From Thermoplasmata archaeon (GTDB lineage: Archaea; Thermoplasmatota; Thermoplasmata; GCA-020350865), in assembly GCA_020348445.1 (NCBI GenBank), contig CP070751.1:5092204-5156203 (forward strand): a stretch of 64,000 bases of DNA, read 5' to 3'. This document shows positions 38,801 to 47,800 of the stretch, in pieces (the first letter of the stretch is position 1; each line of letters begins with the position of its first letter). The translations under genes were made by a program, and so were the position numbers. The notes under the pieces were generated by a model, which searched no databases, was not told the DNA's origin, and saw only the letters and a program-made list of their open reading frames with translations.

Positions 38801-41800
38801 ACGACAAAATCTAGCCTTCCGTTATCGCCGAGAATGACCTCGTTGCCCAAATTGCCCCATATGAAGTCACCAGCAGCACCACCCAGTATCTTGTCATCAT
38901 CGTCGTTTCCTTCGATGATATCGCTTCCACCTGTGGCGGGATCGGTGGTTTCTATAACTTGAATTACCTCATCTGGCATGGTGATCTTACCGTTGTCGCC
39001 GAGGATTATATCATTATCATCGTTGCCCCATATATAATCGCCGGCTGTTCCTCCCAGTATTATATCATCATCGTCCTGGCCGTAAATGGTGTCGTTGCTG
39101 CCGTATGATGGGAAAATGGTTTCGATCATGTCGATTACACCACCCGGCATCGTAAGTTCTCCGTTGTCCCCAAGTATCACGTCATCATTGTCATTCCCTT
39201 CAATGTAATCGCCTCCAGCACCGCCGAGAACGATGTCCTCGCCCTCGTCACCTCTTATGGTGTCGCCGCTGCCCAAATCAGGTTTGGTGGTATTGATCAT
39301 ATCCAGGGTCGTGGGATCACCATCACCACCGCTGCCGTTCGCAAGGTTGTATTTTAAAATGCCCTCGTCGCCAACAATGATGTCGTTGCCTGTTGCGCCG
39401 TCAAGATCGTCCCCTGCGACACCACCAATTATGACATCGCTTTCCTCGTTGCCCTCGACTGTGTCATTGCCGCCGTCTTCAGCGACGGTGTCGGTAGCCT
39501 CGATTATTACGACGATACCATTTATTAGGTCTATCCTGCCCTGGTCACCGATTATGATATCCTCCCCAGGATCACTTGATGGATCTTGATCAAGTGTATC
39601 ATCACCGTATATGATATCACCGGCGTCACCCCCTAAGATCGTGTCGTCCACTTCACCGCCTGATATTGTATCGACTCCGCCAGGAGCGGGTAAGATATTG
39701 TCCGTCGTAAGTATAAGATCTAGAGTGGACCTGTCTCCATCACCTGTATTATAGTTCAGCAAACCGCTGTCACCGAGAATGATGTCGTTATCCAAGCCTC
39801 CTATCAGGTCGTCATCGCCAACGCCGCCTAAGATAACGTCAGCATTTTCACTTCCGTTGATATAATCATCGCCGCCTGTGCTATTATCGGTGTCCGTGGT
39901 TTCGATTAAGGTGACCTCAGATGTTTTATCATCTGGAACAGGGACAAAGTCAACACGACCGTTATCGCCGATTAAGATGTCGTCTCCGTCCGCTCCCAAC
40001 TCGTCGGCATCTCCGAAGATGTCATCCTCCCCTCTACCGCCGATAGCTATATCTTCACCCTCGCCGCCATAGATGGTATCATCATCGCCTGATCCTAGAT
40101 CTGTGGATTCAAACAACTCTATGAGAGATCCGCCCATGGTATCCTGGTAATCGAAGTCGAACTCACCGTTATCTCCTATCAACTTGTCGTCACCATCACC
40201 ACCGTTCATGGTATCCTGACCAGGACCGCCCAGCAGGATATCGTCACCCACATCACCGTTCATGAAATCGTTTCCTATGGTGGTATTGCGCACTGTTTTG
40301 ATGAGGTCGTAATTCAGTGTTAGCTTGTTGGGAACCAAATAGACCTCGCCGTCGTCGCCGAACATGACATCGTTGTCGGCATTTCCCTTCACCAAATCAT
40401 GGCCCGCATTGCCGTACAACCTGTCGTTTCCACTTCCTCCATAAAGATCGTCATTACCCTCATCACCGTATGCGATGTCAGAGCCGCGATCGCCCCATAT
40501 CCAGTCGTTATTTGCACCGCCGTGGAGCTCGTCGTTTCCATCCTCGCCAAAGATCCAATCGTTACCATCACCGCCTGTTAGGTTGTCACCGGCTGCTGTG
40601 CCATATAACGGGAATCTCGTGATAGGATGACCTGTGGCATTTTCTTCGAATTCCTGTGACGTCTTATTGTAATCAAATGAGGAATCGCCCCAGATGGTAT
40701 CTGCTCCTCCTCCGCCATGGATCCAATCGGGAGCGCCTCCGCCGCTTAGGAAATCGTCACCTCCCTCACCTGAGATGTTATCGGCATCAGCGTCACCTGT
40801 TATATGATCCTGACCTCCGAAGTCAGGATTATCGGGATACATATCAGGTTTGCCGTTGCCATTTGTATCAAGGCTGAAGGAATAACTAGAAACAGTGTAC
40901 TGGAACGAGGAATCTCCCCATATCCAATCCTCACCATCCTCGCCTCGGACGATGTCTCCATTATCACCGCCTGCAAGGAAGTCATCTCCTGCTCCGCCGA
41001 AAATGATATCGGCTTGTTGACTTCCCCTGAGGGTCCAGGGCTCCCCTGACACAGCTTGAGAGGCATCACCGCTTATCACATCATCCTCAGATCCACCCTC
41101 CAGATAATCTTTGCCACCGTTGCCAATTAGTATATCCTCGCCCTTCTCGCCGTATAGATGGTCGTTTCCTGGTCCGCCGACCAGAACATCTTCACCAATA
41201 CCACCCCATAGCTCTGCAACGCCATCGCCGGCTATGAGAACATCATTGCCTGATCCCCCTACTAGTTCAGCTGTGATGGAAGACGTATCCACACCCGACA
41301 TATCGACGATATCGTTACCTTCTCCGCAATCGGCCATTACCTTTTTCACACCTGAATATTCCTGTGGACCGTAGGTCGTACCTCCCAAGGTGGCAGTCAC
41401 CTCCACAGTATCTCCTGACTTCAATTCCAATATGAATTTCTCAGAATCATCTGTTGTATGTCTGTAAAGCCGGTCCTGTGCAAACTCACCCATATTGAGG
41501 CGGAGCTCACCGCTATCCTCGTCGACCTTTGCAAGAATTGGATCCTTTGGACATGTGTAGCTGAATTCAATCAAAGGCAGCGAAGGTCCAAAGTACCATG
41601 TTTTCTCCCACAGACCCCAGAGTGCCTCAACAAAGGCGAAAAGACGCGCCTCAACCTTTCCACTAACATCGAAGATACAGATCAATCCCAGCGGGAACGA
41701 AAGCTGCTTGATTCCATTGAGTATGTTGCCCCAGATCTCCTCAATCCTCACCTTGCCGTCTCCGTCTGGATCATTTAAGTTGAAATCGATTGTAGCGTAA

Positions 41801-44800
41801 ATTCCGCCGCCAACACCAGCCTTTGCTACCACGAGGTTCAGAACTGCAGCACCACTGATACCACCATAGATAGTGACCTCTGGAATATCGGCGCCGGTAT
41901 CCAAATCTAAATCTCCCACATAAAAGCCTTTGAGCAGATCAAGTGGGTGCTTGAATCCTCCTGCTGCAAATTCCTGAAGTCCGTATGTGTCGTAGCCAAA
42001 GGACAGGTCGATTATGACCCCCAACGAGCCTGTGATTTCAGCACCCAGCCCGTCCCAAATTGGGAAGTACTGGCTGTACGTGAAATCAAATATGAACTTG
42101 GGCATGTCATAGACCACGATGTCAGCAGGCCTACCCAGTAACAGGCCAAATATCTGTCCCGGATCTTCAAATATCGGGAAGCTCCAACCTCCTCCTTCCT
42201 TTGTTGTACTGCTTGCAAAGGACTTGGTTGCAGGCTTAGCACTGCTTCCATCAAGTGCACTTCCAAGTGAGGAATCGAAATCGAAGTTGGAAAGTGCGCT
42301 GCTGAGTTCCTCAAAGCCCGCACCCAGGGGCAGGGATTGACTGGAGGGAGTATTTCTGATTTCATCAAATACACCTTCATCTGTTAGATCGGGAGCATCT
42401 CCATCATCCCCGCCTAAGCTGAAGCTGCCAAAGACAATGACGATATCACCTGCGTCTGTTGGAATGGAATTTATGAACGTGATGAGATCTGCCAATGCAT
42501 AAATGAAAGCTGGATCCACAACACCGAACATCCCTGCTATGTCGATTAACGTGATGGTCTGTCCCGCCAAATCGGATATAACTGGAATCCTGGAAGTAAG
42601 AATGTCCACAAGAGGCTGCAGTGGTTCTGTTATCTGCTGTATCTCTTCGACAATGGGACCAAGAAAGTCCGAGAAGAACGAGCCGAGATTGAGTCCCACA
42701 TTGGTGAAGTTGATCCACGGATTAGATGGATGCCTATCAAATGGGCTGGATGCAGAATTGTTGACACCATCTCCAAGACCCCATCTCAAGTAGAATCCTG
42801 CCTCGATGGATGGCCACTTGCCTCCGCCTACAATTCCCAATCTGAGGTCAAGATCCAGGTCGGCCTGAACTCCCCAGGAGAAATCGAAATCCATGGATGG
42901 TATCTCGCCAAAGGACAGCCTGTCATCATCGCCACCGCCCTCGACGTCCACACTGAACCATCCATACAGGCTCTCCTTGTCAGGATTTTCCTGGGTTACA
43001 TCCAGGTTCTCTACGTCCAGCTGCAAAAACAGCAACTTGCCTGTGAGATGATCCATTAGTGTCACACCGAGGCCTATATCAATTATGCTGGTGAGGTATT
43101 TAGAGCCAGTATGTGGATAAACTGTTGTACCATTGAATTCATCTGTAAATTCGTCCCAGGGTGTGGTATCAAAATAGAATCCGTCATCAAGGCTTATTCC
43201 AAAGACCAATAGGAAGTTCCAGGTGAATGCTATCTCTATCCCGCCGTCCATATCAAGGCCTAGTCCTGGTAGGCCGAAATCGATCTCGGGGGTTTCCCAG
43301 GAGTAGCGGTCTCCCAGCCAAAGATTGAACTGTAATTCACTCCAATCATCAGCTAGATAGTACTGGACATCGCGGAAAGTGAGCCCGCCGTCAGTGCTGT
43401 TCCAGTTTTCATCCAGTTGCAGTATATCAAGTCCTGGGGGCCCCAGCGCATTGAAGATCGCCTCCCGAACTAGATCAATTGCCTTTTGTGGTGCATTTTC
43501 GATGAAATCCCGAAGCCATGGAATAACACTGTCGCGGACATCCTCTATGAATTCGGCTCCATCTGAAAGACTGTCCCCAATAAGGGGCAGGTCGATTTCG
43601 CCAAATTCCCCTGCCAGTATATCTTCCAAGATAGCAAGGAGCATGTCCAGGCCTTCAACCACCAGAAGTAGCATTTCTATGAGGTTTAGATCGTCTAAGT
43701 CAGGAAGCGCAGCCGTGAAATTGGGTGCTGAGTTCAGACTTGCATCCACCTTGATGTCGAATGGATCGCTCGTGCCCACCTCCATTGAAATATTGACATT
43801 GAAATCCAGATTGCCGATGAAGTTGGACGCTGTCGGGAAATAGCATGGTAAAATGGCTCCTATTCCGGCAGATAGATTTGCCTTGAGGTTGTAAGCAGAC
43901 AGGTTAAAGAGCTCAATCTTGTCTCCGTCGGTTGATGGATTTGGATCATCGAAGGCTGTGAGTATTAAGTACGCAGGATTCGTGTTGCTGGGATTTCCAT
44001 CCTCATTGAAAACGGCATGACCGCCAGTTACGAATAAGCCAAATGGCCCCAAGGATGCTATGAAATTAACGTTGGAAGCGTTTGCGTAACCCTCGAGTCT
44101 TATTTCTGTGTTATCAAAAATATATACTGCAAAGTTCGAAAGATTAATTCCCATACCCAGTTCAACCTCAACCGAGAATTCAGCCTCAAGACCTGCTGCT
44201 CCGCTGAGATTAGCAAGACTCTGAAGGCTGGGGGGTAGGGATAGACCCAGTAGATCCAATAGGTCGATCTGTACTGGTAATGATGCACTGTAGCTCGTGT
44301 CCCAAGTGATGTTGAAGCGCAAAATTGTACTGCTTTTAAATATGGAAAGGATAACACTCTCTTCATCATCGGTTGGTATTCCCAGAACCTCTTTAAGAAG
44401 AGTTAGGAGCTCCTGAGCAATGGAGGCATCCTCACTTGACAGCTCCTCAATAGCCAATAAAAACGGCTCAATAAAGTTCAGGGTCTCGTTCAGCGTGACG
44501 CCCAGAATAGGTATGGGTTCATCATAGAAATCGTACTTGCTGAAGTTAATAAGGAGATTGTAGATGCTTCGAAGCGCAGTTAAAACTGAACTGAAGTTCA
44601 AATCATCGAAGCCGTCGGCAATGGCCCCCATATCCAATGCCGTAACATCCAGGGTTGACATATTCGTGAAATCCTCCAGAACGATAACGATCCTTGGATT
44701 ACCCAACAACTCATTGGCAAGGCCTTGTATAGCATCAGGCAATTGAATGGAAATGTTGGAGAGTGTAAGATTCCCGTTGCCTGAGATATCGACATTTACC

Positions 44801-47800
44801 AAGGCCTTCAAAATATCGAAATCTGAAACAGCCTCGGTAAGGTCACCAAGATAGATGGGCCCTATCTGTTGACCAGTGGCAAATCCAAGTTCAGTTGCTG
44901 CGGTATCTTCTGGGTCAACAATAAGCCTAATTCTCTCGGTACCGGAATCACTCAAGATCAGCCTGTCCCCTATGTACCCAACAGTGATCTTTCCATTGAG
45001 TGAAGTGAGATTAATGCGTGTCCATAATTGGGAAGCCAATTGACCGATGTTTGTATTAAACAGGGTCAAACTTTTGGGGAGGCTCACCGGTACCTTATCA
45101 TCACCGTACTCTATTTCAAAGAATGCATCCTTTGAGAGATTGAACTTTGTAAGCTCGAACATCGATGTGATTCCACCGAGACTGACCGATACGTCGCCAT
45201 GTATAGCCACATCGTTACCATGATCTTCAAGGGTACCTTCGATTGTGTCGACTTCTATGCCAACGAAGCCAAAGCGAGCAGAAGCAGCAGGATTGTCTGT
45301 GGTGCTCACCACAAGATTTACCCCCGCCACGAAGCTTGCATTTTTGATGAACAAACGGCCTCTTTTCTCCCTGGCCCGTGCCGTAACGCCATCGTCAAGA
45401 CCCAGTTCGTCGTAAGCTATACTATCTTTGGTATCGGTGATCTCCAGTAGCTTGGCGTCCTTGCTTACGGCAGAGATAGTTATTCTGTTGCTTAAACGTC
45501 CTGCAACCACCCTGTGACTGATGTTCACGTTGGATCCTCCATCAGAGGGTGCCACACTTTGAAACGCCCTGTTGATATCTTCTACCAGGTCAGTGATGTT
45601 ATTATTTGATGTTGTCCAATCCTCATCCACCAGAACATCATAGCTCTCAAGTCCTGAACCTTCATCCAATGTGAGGGTGAATGTTGCATCATCACTGAGC
45701 TGGCCATGAGAACGTGGGCCAAATACAGTATCAGATGTTGGATAGAATCCGAGTTGGCCAAAGGAATATGTGATTTCCAGCTCGTCTTTCAATGCCGATG
45801 GCACAGAAAGAATGAGCGAGTACTCATCGCTTGTCTCATTATGAAGGACGCTTACCACGATAATATTATCCAGCCTAGTTCCGTCACTTAGCTTTACCCT
45901 TCCCAGAGCCTCATTGAGATCATTTGCCAAATCTGATACTCCCTCATTATCCTGAGTTGTGCCCATGCTTGAGATCATGAGGGTCCAGGTGAGATTAGCT
46001 GGAACGAATTTCAGCTTGTCGCCGTCGGTAATGTTCGTTGCATATACATAGGAAGATATATCGATTGGTGTGCCGTCCTCAGTTCTTGCATCTGCAAAGG
46101 CGTTGTTTATGTCCTCGAGCAAATGGTCCATTTCGGTGTTTGGGTCAGTTTCCGATTTTGGTATGAAGATTATGTAACTTGTGTCATTGATGGTTAACTT
46201 AAACGTAACGTCCACTTGAGGATCATAGCCTGCCATTGCGCTGACATCATTTGGGGCAGTCAAGTTGCCTGTGGCAAAGAGGTTGCAGACCCATCCAATT
46301 ACCTTTCCATTGGCAGCTCGAACCGATACATTAACAGGATCACCGTCCACTTCTAGATGGAAGTATGCATCCCTTTGGGTTTGTCCATTTCCAGCAACTG
46401 CTGCAAGCAGAGGATTGCCCTCTATGAGCAAGGTTCGATCCCCGATGATTTGGAGTTCAGCTGCTATCTGGTCCTTTGGTATGCCGAGCTCTACAAATGC
46501 CACATCATTTGGATTTTTTATGTGCATGAATTTCTCGTTTGTGGCACCCATAATTATTGAAAAGCCGTCGCCAACCTGTTTTACATCCAATAAGCCTGAC
46601 GTTCCCCCAAGGGCATACTGAACCGCCAAACTGAGATTACCGATAAGTGATGAAATGGGATCATCTGTTGTGGGATTACCCGTGGTGTTACCCTGTATTA
46701 AGTTGACTTTATACAGGTTAGAGCCCAAAATCAAATCAAAGGTGGCATTACCACTGATTACGCCATTTTGCGGGGTTGGGGACGTGGATCCGATCTGACC
46801 GTCCGCAAATCCAAGAAGCTCAAATCCTTGGGCCGATTCATTTGCGTCAGCAGAATTGTTCTCGATCTTCATGAAAGATACATTTTTTGTAAAGAAGGCC
46901 AGTCGTTTCCCAGTGAGAACCTTGACTGTGATCACAGCATCTATTTTTTCATCTCTTAAAGATTCGTTGATCGCCAAACTGATGTCCTCTGTGAGATTGT
47001 AGATATTGGTGTTGTCACTGGTGTTTACTGCCGACACATTGACGTCTATTGAGCCAAGACTGCCTATTGTCAACTTGAACAACGCATCCTCAGGAAGCAC
47101 TCCATCGGAGGGGGTGTAGGAGGTGCCAGAACTTCCGTTTATTAAGGCCCTCAGGCCAAAGAAGGCCAGCTCTGAGTTGATCCCTCTTTCAGGTTCAGAA
47201 CTCAGGTCGATGCCGATGGTAAAAGTTAGATTCACGGTGGTGTTAAGGGAAACCTCAACATCTGTATCAATACCTCCAAGGTCTCCTAGATCTATATCGA
47301 AGTCAATGGGTACTCCCTCAATTATAGGCAGGACTCGGTTGAGCTCTATTGTAAACATCAACTGTTTTTTACTAAGAACATAATGGGGATTGATTTTAAC
47401 TATATCAATATCAAGAATACTATCCAGTCTTTGCATGAAATCCTGGGCACTTGTGAATTGTGTTATTGTGATACCTGTATCCTCGTCTGTTACTGCAAGA
47501 GCAGAATTGTTTATCACGGACTGCAAACCACTGAAGAAATTCAGGACATTAGCCAAGGTATGCCCGTCCGCAAACGGGACGTCAACTGCGTTGAACAACT
47601 GAGACACGCCAAAGGTCCCCAACCAACTTTTAAGCTGCTCCAAAAGGCCCAAAAGACCGTCAGGCAGTATGTTGTTGAAGGGTAGTATATATTGCCTGAA
47701 ATCGTGGCTCAATTCTATCTCTGGCGCCGTTCTTGGATCATCAGATCCTGTGGGAGCAACATATGGGTCGTAGACATCTGCTGACATATTGATACTCATT

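Noticed and set aside
35809-41300. Higher GC of the RTX region as standalone proof of a genomic island
   Set aside because: The Gly/Asp-rich protein composition raises GC by itself, and no integrase, flanking repeats or tRNA boundary are present. GC3 analysis is needed.
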